NCBI RefSeq assembly: GCF_964355755.1
Contig: NC_092678.1
Location: 12,708,352-12,772,351, forward strand
Direction of reading: 5' to 3'
Length of the DNA: 64,000 bases
Source: Antedon mediterranea
Lineage: Eukaryota > Animalia > Echinodermata
The position numbers were made by a program, and so were the translations under genes. Below the pieces are notes generated by a model, which saw only the letters and a program-made list of their open reading frames with translations, had not been told where the DNA came from and ran no database searches. How positions within the stretch are numbered: the stretch's first letter is position 1; each line of letters opens with the position of its first letter. Shown one piece after another: positions 37,501 through 49,500 of the stretch.

Positions 37501-40500
37501 TAACCTTTCATATAAAACTTTCATTATTTGTTTCATATAACATCTAAATAGATTGCTGTCATTTGAATAAAATAAAAGGTAGGCCTAGCCTAACCAAGGC
37601 CTACATTTAATTTACATTGATTAAAACAGTAACATTTGGTTATTATATTATTATTTATATGGATTTTATAATGCACCTACTGTTAGTGTTAATTATGTCA
37701 ACAAACGACTAAACATCCTAGGCCTAACGCTTAGGCATTGCCTAATCCTAACAGGCCTGGGCCTAGTATGCTGAAAGACCGCAATACGACACTTCCGACA
37801 GGCAACTGGAACTCATCTAGGCTAATTATGATTCCACGTCTTTTAGAGATGTTCCCATTACTTCATCAAAATCCTAAAAACTTACAGACAAATATTGTAC
37901 TAACCAAACTTAGAAGCTGTACCAGCTGCAGGTGTTGCTGTTGCTGGACTGACAACATCTAAATCAATGTCAGCATTTGCAACCGTCTGCTTCTTGACAA
38001 GAGCTACAGTGCATCCATTGTCTGCAACCTACAGTGTTGATAACCAACATGATTAATATGCAAAGAAGCATAATATAATAAAGGTAGCAAGTCATAATAA
38101 AAATAATAATGCTAAATGAGTAAAAGAATAAATAAGGGCACAGTGTGTTGGACATTGGATTACTGATTGTGAATAAGGGCACAGTGTGTTGCACATTTGA
38201 TTACTGATTGTGAATAAGGGCACAGTGTGTTGGACATTGGATTACTGATTGTGAATAAGGGCACAGTGTGTTGCACATTTGATTACTGATTGTGAATAAG
38301 GGCACAGTGTGTTGGACATTGGATTACTGATTGTGAATAAGGGCACAGTGTGTTGGACATTGGATTACTGATTGTGAATAAGGGCACAGTGTGTTGGACA
38401 TTGGATTACTGATTGTGAATAAGGGCACAGTGTGTTGGATATTGGATTACTGATTGTGAATAAGGGCACAGTGTGTTGGACATTGGATTACTGATTGTGA
38501 ATAAGGGCACAGTGTGTTGGACATTGGATTACTGATTGTGAATAAGGGCAGAGTGTGTTGGACATTGGATTACTGATTGTGAATAAGGGCACAGTGTGTT
38601 GGACATTGGATTACTGATTGTGAATAAGGGCACAGTGTGTTGGACATTGGATTACTGATTGTGAATAAGGGCACAGTGTGTTGGACATTGGATTACTGAT
38701 TGTGAATAAGGGCACAGTGTGTTGGACATTGGATTACTGATTGTGAATAAGGGCACAGTGTATTGGACATTGGATTACTGATTGTGAATAAGGGCACAGT
38801 GTGTTGGACATTGGATTACTGATTGTGAATAAGGGCACAGTGTGTTGGACATTGGATTACTGATTGTAAATAAGGGCACAGTGTGTTGGACATTGGATTA
38901 CTGATTGTGAATAAGGGCAGAGTGTGTTGGACATTGGATTACTGATTGTGAATAAGGGCACAGTGTGTTGGACATTGGATTACTGATTGTGAATAAGGGC
39001 ACAGTGTGTTGGACATTGGATTACTGATTGTGAATAAGGGCACAGTGTGTTGGACATTGGATTACTGATTGTGAATAAGGGCACAGTGTGTTGGACATTG
39101 GATTACTGATTGTGAATAAGGGCACAGTGTGTTGGACATTGGATTACTGATTGTGAATAAGGGCACAGTGTGTTGGACATTGGATTACTGATTGTGAATA
39201 AGGGCACAGTGTGTTGGACATTGGATTACTGATTGTGAATAAGGGCACAGTGTGTTGGACATTGGATTACTGATTGTGAATAAGGGCACAGTGTGTTGGA
39301 CATTGGATTACTGATTGTGAATAAGGGCACAGTGTGTTGGACATTGGATTACTGATTGTGAATAGACAGATCAAGAGAGAAAGCTAATTACTAGCCGCAT
39401 TATGGGAGAATGTTTCAATAAGTGTTTGAAAAAAAATGAACGGCGTAATAATGTTAAGCGCTTAGAAGAATATCATTATAATAGCAAATAAGAAGAATAC
39501 ATCATTAATTTTCTAATACATTTTTTGGGGTTGTACCACTTTACTTTAGCTCCATAAACTTAAATAGTGATTTGGGATTAATGATTGGATCACTTTCGGT
39601 ACTGATTTTATTTTATTAATTTTGGCAAACATGAACAGACATCCACAAATAGCTTGAGTGTGCCAAAGGAATGGCAAAAGAGGCAATCATCTTCTGTTGG
39701 TGATCTGCGACACAGATTAGCAACGCAATTCTTAGATTCTATTATTATATACGTCTAGAAATGGTAATGCAATTCCACAATTTATTTATGTTGCAAAATA
39801 GAATTACTTTTTCAAAAGTTCGCTAATTCTAAATAAAAAAAAAAAAGCAGTAAGATTAATTATCATTCAGATATGATTGACTGTATGTGTAAATATTCTA
39901 CTAACAGCTTTAGGTATGAGGTCACCAATGGTATTGAGTTTTATCAGTTGACCATTTCGTTGTGATGTTGCATCGATGTCAGAAAGAATTAGGTGCCCAC
40001 CTCGCCCATGGCGCCAGCCTATAAAAAAAAAGTAGAGCATATCAAAGGGTAGGAAAACATGATAACTGAATTTACTGTACCTCCATCTATCTTCAAACAA
40101 CATAGATATTCCATAACATTTTTATTTGTACGGTATCAAAATAAACCAAATATAATAATAATTAATCAAAACATATCCCAAAGGCCTCTATAATTCTTAA
40201 AAACGAAGTACTGTAGGAAAAGTTGGTAATATCTGGATGTATTTCAAGAGTTGAAGATGATCTTTGGCTGACTAAACAATAGACTGTTTATAATACCAGG
40301 TTTGCATGTTCATAGTAGGAAACTGCTAGGAGGCAATAGAGAGTGAACATTAAATTAAGATAAAAGAGATCTTTCTGTAGTCAACACCTTTCAGTACATC
40401 TATGAATGAATAAGTAGTTGAGAGCAGGAATGCTAGTAAACTAAACCCAGTACCATTTTGATTTGACAAGAAATTATCTCTCTCTCTTTTGAAAATGTCT

Positions 40501-43500
40501 GTTAGTATAGTATCTTGGTGTGTAGAAGTTTATAAATAATTGTCATTGTTACATGTTTAGAAGAGAATTTATATCAGATCGTAGTTGTACTACACTGTTT
40601 TGTTATTCAAATGAGTTTTTGTTTTGTTAATTTTTTGTTAATTTTGTATATTAGAAGTTGCCTAGTATTGTATTAACTTTTTCCTGCCATACAACTTTAT
40701 GCTGTATTGTTGCTTACACCGGTAGGGAGATATCTGGTTCATGCCAGATATTTTATTGTAATATGTTATGCATTAATATTAATCGCTCTTGACCTTGGAA
40801 CTTTAAATTTTGTGTGGTCGCCACTGGAGGCTGGATGGAAATTTTTTAGAGATTTTCCCCCGATTCGGTTATCAGGGGTTTTATTCTTTGCCTATCGCAA
40901 GGTTAAGAGTGTTTTAGTAGAACATTACAGGTTAGCATCTGTTTGCCTTCAGTTCATTTAATTGAAAACAGAACAGAAAAGTAAAAAACACACGACTATT
41001 TAATTTTCGTCATTTTATCTAGAAACGAATATTGCATTTATTTTGTTTGTTATTTATACGGGGTTATGGAAGTTGGCGTGTGTGACCGCACTATCCTAGA
41101 ATAAACATGTTTTAAACAGATATTTTGTCCCCATTGGTTCATGTATGGGGTTAACAGGAGCTGAGATGAGATCCAAATTTAACTGTGCTGTATTAGGGCA
41201 TTAGGTTAGATCAATCACACTCCCACACCTCAAAAGACAAGGCCTGCTATTGGTTAATAAAGGACTTAAAGCAACTTACTGAGATCTAAATGTTGAACTT
41301 TTGGGCGATCTGTGTATGGATCATTTTTGTACAATGTATCCAGTATCTTCTCCTTTACTTGACTGATGGTGTCACAGCTAAGAACTTTCACTTTTTGAAA
41401 TTCACCACTGTCAGAATTTTGTATTGCATTCAGTGTCTGTAAAATAAAAAAAAAATATATTTTTAGAATATTAAGTTGTAATTAAAGTAATTACTATAGT
41501 ACACACACAAGAGAAAGTAAATACAGAGATTAACTCTGACTGTTTACTGTTGTTTTAATAGAAATCCATTGTGGCCATGAAATTTCATCTAATAATGAAA
41601 ATGGAATGCATGTATACAGGGAAATAGTTTATAGAATACATACAATGACTTGAGGACGTTCATCTGACTGAAGGCAATCATCAAGGTTCAATGAGTATGT
41701 AGCATGTCCAGTAATGGCATCTACTGGACCCATCTCAATCCTTAACTTCAGTGCATGGTACAGAACATACAGTGGATGCCCGGCATAGTCCTGCAAAACA
41801 CATGAATGTTTAAATGAGCAAATGGCCAAAAAGTTAAGACATTGGAACTGTAATCCATAGCCTTATGCCAAGGGTTTGAGGCTCACTTGCTCCATGGTTC
41901 TGGTGGTAGAACGAGTCTTCTTGGATAGTTAATTGTTTTTAACTGTGTGCTAGTTTATTTTGTATTCTTTTATTTTATTTCATACACATCCAACAGCGAG
42001 TACAAACTCGCCAATTACAGGATGGATGAACTATTTTATCGTGATTATAAACTAAGTCTCATTTGAGGGTTAGAGAGTGGAGTTAAAAGAGTCTTGAGTT
42101 ACAACCCTGCCATGGGGTCAGGATTGAACCCTGGACCTTGGGATTGGAAGGCAAGCATGTTGTAACCACCAAGCTACAGCTCCACTACAATGCGATAAGC
42201 TATGCTTTTCTGTTCAATGTGCAGTATGAAGACATACTACACTCAGGGAGTGGAAAGAAAAAATAAAAATATAATAATTTTCTCGATAGAACGACACTTC
42301 CTACACACAGACTAAGAATTGCACTTACTGGCATATAATTGCATCACAACGCATACGCATTAATAGATGAAAGTCGAACCAATAAATATGATAAAAATGT
42401 GCAATATTTCTGGGTTAATTTCAATGTTTAGTTAATATAAAACTAATAAACATTATAAGTAAATCTTCCAAATGATTATTTTTATTATATGAATGTGATT
42501 GTGAGAAAAGCAATATAAACATACCTTAAGGTAATTGTACATTGATAAAGCTATCCAATTGGACAATAGCTTTGCAGTCACAGAGTCTGTTCTATAAATG
42601 TTAAACAATAATTCAGTTTGAATATGTTGAACATATTTTCACATTTACTGTAACTAACAATAAATACATTGACTTTCATTGCTCCAACAATAACAATGTA
42701 CAGTAACATGGTAGTAAACATATTTTCTTTTTGGTAGAAAGAATGTGCCCTCTAATTTGCATAGCACACAAGATAATATACACCAGATGACCTGAAGTAG
42801 TTATGACTGTGAACAACTTTAACAATTTGGTTTGATACTCAATGCAGAAACTAATGCCATGTCTGATCACCTCAGCAACTCCATTTTGCAAAGACAATGA
42901 TTTTAACATAGAATACATGTGACTCAAAATAATGAGACAGAAGCTATGATTGAGCCACCGTTTTGATCTTCATTGGATCAATAAAGATTGAAACGTTGAA
43001 AACTGACTTCCCTCTCATTATTATATTTGGATTTAGTTTATTTCATGCTATCTAATATTGGATTAGGTTTGTAGATCATCTTGTGTTTTTGTTGTCTTGC
43101 TTTAGTATAATATCGGACATTATTATACGCTGTTGACAAAGAATAAATAAAAACAAACTGACCTGGCTAGGACCTGCTTGGCTTTATGCGATGACACACA
43201 ATAATCAATGTTGTCTATTAACAACTCCTCAAGTACCCTATAACACAACACAAATTATTGTCAGTTTCATTTATTTACACAATTAATTGTAACCAATAAA
43301 TGTCTATATTTGCTGGATTGTTGTGGTGAAACAAGACTTAAAGACACTTAAGGTTGGCTTTCTTCCAGCCTATGTATTTTATTGTTTTACTGATAATCTG
43401 TATTAATGTTTGATGAAGTGTGAAATAAAAACGAAAAAAAAAAACAAAAAAAAACACGGTTTGAACATCAAAATTGTTCAATTTGATTAAGACAAAATGG

Positions 43501-46500
43501 AAGTGAAATTATTTCCATCAAATGTATTATAATATAAAAAAAAAAGTAATTTACTCAGTAAAATAATCCATTTTATCTTCGATGAGAAATTCCACCACAA
43601 GTAACGATGCGATGTTACACCTAAAACATGACAAAATAATACACTTTAAATCATTGTTGAAATGAAAGTATAAACATTAGCATTATCATATCTTGCAATC
43701 AATTTGGACTACAAGTAGATCACAACTTTATAAGTAAAAAAATGGTTTTTAGAGGAGTTAACATGCAAATATTTAATCCAACAGAAACATGCTATGTTAT
43801 AGAATGTAAGGCTTCATACAATCAAATAGGTTAAGGAGCGGGTGTCTAGCAATAAATAGTGTGTTATTCACCCTATCCTGTATTGTAATAATTATGGGTC
43901 AAAAAACAACACATCTTACACATTTTAAATTGCTTTCATTTTGCTTAGTCAGTAAAAATAAGTTTGATGTCAGATGTCAAAATAAAATGCAAACGTTGTA
44001 ACTATCATCATTAGGCTTAAAACAACAATGTCATAATTAATATGTGATTGTGATTTTTAAAAATTCCATTAAATGGCCTTATTATTAAAATTTAATAAAT
44101 GTTTTTAAATAAACAAACAAATTTATGTGAACATCACTAAATTGTTGTTATATGTTATGTACTGTATATTGTTTGAAATTAAAGTTTATTGTAAATTGTT
44201 ATGTTGTATCTTAAAATAAAAGAATGTTCAACATATGACATTGGTCAACAAGAAAAAAAATATGTTGCCTAACAATGCATTAAATTTAATTAAATGAATT
44301 TGAGCTAATTTTGCAATTTAAATTTGGTTAAAAAACTGTAGACTGTAAATTGTAGACCTGAACTCACACGCTTTTTCATCATTTTGTGTCAATGATAACA
44401 GGTTTTGAATTCATAAAGCACAAATAACAAAAAAAATCTTTAAGCGCTGTGAACAACATTCAAGTGAAAGTTAATCAAGAAAAAGGCTGAAAGCGGAATT
44501 CCATGAAAACATGTTACCTAATTATTATGCACTAAAATGTGTCCCTTCACTATAGAGTACAGTACTTATTAACAAGGCCAACAGCCATTAAGTCGCGTGC
44601 TACAATGCATAGTGATACCGACAGACAGACAGACCGACAGACAGACGGACCGACCGACATAGTGAACTATACTGACCGAAATTACTGAACATGTTTAAAA
44701 ATGTTGAAATGTTTAAAAACATTTATATTTTTTTAATTTACACGTGCGTAGCCTGTCACTTTTGACGTGCTCGTATAACGTAATTTCGAGTTGAAAAGTA
44801 AGTCAAGAAAACAGAAATCGGGCAAAATGAGTGCGTAATAACATTTAACGCGCAGTGCGCGCGCAAAAATCTGCGCACTCATGGCAATTTTGTAAACGCT
44901 TAAAATTGCCTGAAACGTACTCTTATTTCATCAAAAATAAATTTTGAAAATTTTAAGCGCGCGTACGCATGCGTTACATGCGCTACGCACGTAATTGTAT
45001 TGCCATATGATGATTTATGCCCTGAAATTTATGAGTACCAAATTTTATTTAATTGTGATTCATGGTTGTTAAGATATGATTACAAACGTGATTTCGTTAA
45101 ATCGTGCGTAGACCGCGTAATTTTTTATTGCGCACCGTGAAAACATAACCACATCGATTCCTGGCAATAAGGAATATTCTGTGAAAAATTGACTTAGCTA
45201 GATTAAACTGATATCAAGATAAGGTCATAAAGCGATAAAACGCATAGTGATACCGGACCGACAGATAGACAGACAGACCGACAGACAGACAGACCGACCG
45301 ACCGACATAGTGAACTATAGAGTCGCTTCCACGCGACTAAAAACTAAAAAAGTTAACACAACTTGGTTAAACTGTAAAGGTTATCTTTAAAGTTGGTTTA
45401 AAAAAACAAATCATATTCAGTTTAAATGAAAAACAAAAACCACAATATTAAAGTAAAAATAATTTGATTTAAAATGTTACACCACAAATATTTTCCCCAT
45501 TTGTTATTCAAACATGCAGCAAGTTTTCAATAAAATGGAATGAACAACAATATGTAAGGGAGGTAAACATAAAATGTGGTACAAACAATGTAACCATATC
45601 AACAACAAAAAGAATAAAACAATTTGAATGCAAACAAATTAACTGAAATTAAAAAAAAATGTTGAGTGCAAAAGGTAAAAAACCCCAAACTTTACCACAA
45701 TGAACAGAAAACTGTAAAAGCTGTGGAGTGAATGGTATGATATTAACTTGAGGCAAATTAAAAAAAAACATGTTGTGATACACACTACAGTGAAACACCT
45801 TCTTTGAGACCTCACTATTAAGGGAATACACACCTCTATTAAAACACTACTGTCATTTGAAATGAACAAGGGCAATATTGTTTCAACATTATGGCCAATT
45901 ACCTTGTTTAGTGGACACTTTCTTGTGAAACAGACAAAGGGTAATGTGTTTTAACACTACGCTAACCACTATTCAGGAGACATCTTAATTAAGGCAAAGT
46001 TTTTTTTTGAGTTGATGTATACTTTAAAATGCCAAAAAATTATACAAGTCTTATAATTTCGGTTTGTAAATTTAATTTGAGACAATATTTTCTAGTACAG
46101 GCTAGATTGTGTGGAATTTGAAACAGTACAGTATATAAAACATACGTAAAGATGGCTCACTAATAATTGAAATGTGCAGTATTAACGGTAAAAAACTTAC
46201 TTCTCTTTAACAGTAACTTTTGAATTGCTGTCCAACATTTTGATGAAAGTTAACAAGAAACTCTTGTTAAGAAGAAGCTCTGAAAGTTGTTGTAAACGTT
46301 TTGTAATGTTTTCACTATCCTAAGTAAAGTAAATTATTAGAAAAGAAATAATTACTATACAAATATTTATTTCATATTATTAATTTTATTGATCAGAGTG
46401 TTTAAACGCAAGAAATTGGAATGTTGATCGTTGTCTAAGAACACCGGGACTTTTAAGGCCAAAGATTACCATACGTCTTACGTTAGATAACTAACCTAAC

Positions 46501-49500
46501 GCTGTGAGTCTGAACACACCCTTAGATTCTAAGACAACAAACAGAAATGTTTGCTGCTTAACTGTTACTTTGACCACTTTCACTCATCCATATTTATAGC
46601 ATATGACCATGGAGTACAACTCGGGTTGTAATACAACTGAATAGGGAATAGTTGAATGTTAAGTTTTTTTGTTCATAGTTGTTTTAACTCTTTCTAATTA
46701 TCACTTCATATTATCAGGCGTGGGAGTGCCTCCCCAATACACTCCAAAAAATGACCTGAAGTCGTGCCGTTTACCGCACGTTTGGTAAACTTTTACACAT
46801 GAAAAACAGCAAACCTAGATCACACTATGTGCTGAGGAGTACAATATGTAGCATACTAGCAATTTGAAAGACACAAAGCCTGTGATATGATATAATATGA
46901 GTGGAGAAAATAAACAAACTTACTTTGTTTTGTGAATCTGGAATATGTTCAAAGCCATTGAACATCATGTTACAGACATATTGTTTATGAGTAACAAAAG
47001 GCATTACAATCCCTTGAAAATCATCTGCCGTCAAATCAGTCAAGTAAACAGTTAAATCAGCGAATGCTATTACAAAAATAAATAAAAATGATAAGTTTGT
47101 GTTTACTAAGTATTTAACCAAATATTCTTTACAAAATATTCACATTTCTATACTTCATTCAATATTATTGTGTTTGTATTTTCTCTATGATTTTTAATTA
47201 ATATGTGAAGGGAAATTTATTAATATCAACAAGGTAAGTACAACATTTTAAGTATACATAAAATAGTGAGATTAATAATGTATGAACAGTTGAATGATAC
47301 TAATTACAATCCTTTATCCAAATTAAAATAGAAAAAAAACATTGAAAACAAATGTTATTTTTATAATTATACAAAATTTGAGAAAAATACTTTTTTTTAT
47401 TGAGGTTGTATGACAAATCTATACTGGAAGTCATTATTGCCTACAATCTGCAACTGTTGGTTGGTCAGGGTTGGGTTTGGGGGTAGTATCATGGCACAAA
47501 TGGAATTGTTCACCTAAGGAATGTACAGTACAGCCAGGCATACGTATTAAGAGGCAGTTGTAAAGATATTCTGGCCATTTGCATCTACTAAAGACACACA
47601 ACAGAATGCTGAGTACTTTGGCAATAAAACAAAGATGGGAATTCTGTGTACATAATTGAAAAATATTGGGACATACTTGAGAATGAATGACATTTTACCA
47701 GTTTAAAAGTACAAATTTATTGTAAATGGTTATCCTGCAATTTGGTCAGTGTTATGCCCAAATAAGGTCATGTTATGCCCAAATAAGGTCATGTTATGCC
47801 TAAATAAGGTCATGTTATGCTTGATTTTAATGATTCACCTGATTGAGCTTCTTCCTGTACTTCTTCTTGAATTCTTTCCATTTCAACATAAACTTTTTTG
47901 GTTTCTTTGTCATATTGTTTAATCCTTCTTCTATGGATCAGAAGAATGATAAAGAAGAGAAGTATTGTAACACCTATTACTGAACAAACTACAATTATTT
48001 CTACTTGAATGTTGGAAGAATATTCGATGGGTCCAAATGTCACATTAATGTTACCATGTTGAATCTGAAATGAAAACAATTCAATTATACTACTATACGC
48101 TATTATTTTGTTTTCTGTACAATAATATCTTGAACTTTGATATTTAGCAGTAGTTTAAAAAAAAGATTTAAAAAAATTAAAAAAAGAATTTAAAAACATA
48201 AATTCCCGCTTATTGAAGAATAGCATTTAAAAAAAAACAATCATTAATTAGAAATTAGACAGATAATGAATGTTTACGAGTTGAATGGTGAGAATATTTA
48301 ATAAGTTGAAAGATTGACTGCTCCCATTTAACGGGTAGCAAGATTACAATCATAGGTGTTATAAAATTCATTATTTTGTGATAAAAGATAATGTTCTATC
48401 AATTGCAGAACATTTGGCAAAATCAGGAGCAGAGTATTTTACTTTAAATGAGAGGGAGGTTACCTTTGGCTTTTAATTGAACTTCACTATCAATTCTATA
48501 TAATAATATTATAAAGTATTACTGCATCAGTACTTCAATTAATTTGAGAAAAATGTCCTTTTCTGTACCATGCTGTCTAAGAGGTTACTTTTAAAATGAG
48601 TAATAATTAGATTATGATTATTGTGATCTGGTGACCACAAACATTTGCTTACCTTAACAATAGGATGATCTTCACCATCTACTGGATTAGGTTCCTTGTC
48701 TGGTACTTCAACAAGAACTACTGTACGTGTTATTGAATTTACAGTGCATTTAACACTTCCAATGAACACTTCAACATTCTCAACATCACTTGCAAGGTTG
48801 ATGTCAGAACCCTAATGTACAAAAGCATTTGTTAAATTAATAATAAATAATCACAATCAGTAAATTACTGATTCAATAAGGATTTGAAAAGTTCTTTTTT
48901 AAATTTAAAAATAAATGTAGCTCAACAATACACTTTACAAAAACCAACTATAATAGAACTAAATTCAATAATTACAAAAATTCTGAGATTTGTGTAAATA
49001 TTTTGTGCAGTAGTGGAAACTAAGTTTGGTTGCTCCTAGCACGCATTGCATGATGTAAGCACAACACAAGTAACTTGGTTGCAACTAACACGCATTGCAT
49101 GATGTAAGTACAACACAAGTAACTTGGTTTCCACTAGCACGCATCGCATGATGTAAGCACAACACAAGTAACTTGGTTGCCACTAGCACGCATTGCATGA
49201 TGTAAGTACAACACAAGTATGGTTGCCACTAGCACGCATCGCATGATGTAAGCACAACACAAGTAACTTGGTTGCCACTAGCATGCATTGCATGATGTAA
49301 GTACAACACAAGTAACTTGGTTGCCACTAGCACGCATCGCACGATGTAAGCACAACACAAGTATGGTTGCCACTAGCACGCATTGCATGATGTAAGCACA
49401 ACACAAGTAACTTGGTTGCAACTAGCACGCATCGCATGATGTAAGTACAACACAAGTAACTTGGTTTCCACTAGCACGCATCGCATGATGTAAGCACAAC

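Noticed and set aside
38131-39364. CRISPR-like array, or RAG RSS array (each unit contains CACAGTG)
   Set aside because: Units are contiguous with no unique spacers, there are no cas genes, the context is eukaryotic, and no ACAAAAACC-like nonamer lies at 12/23 bp.
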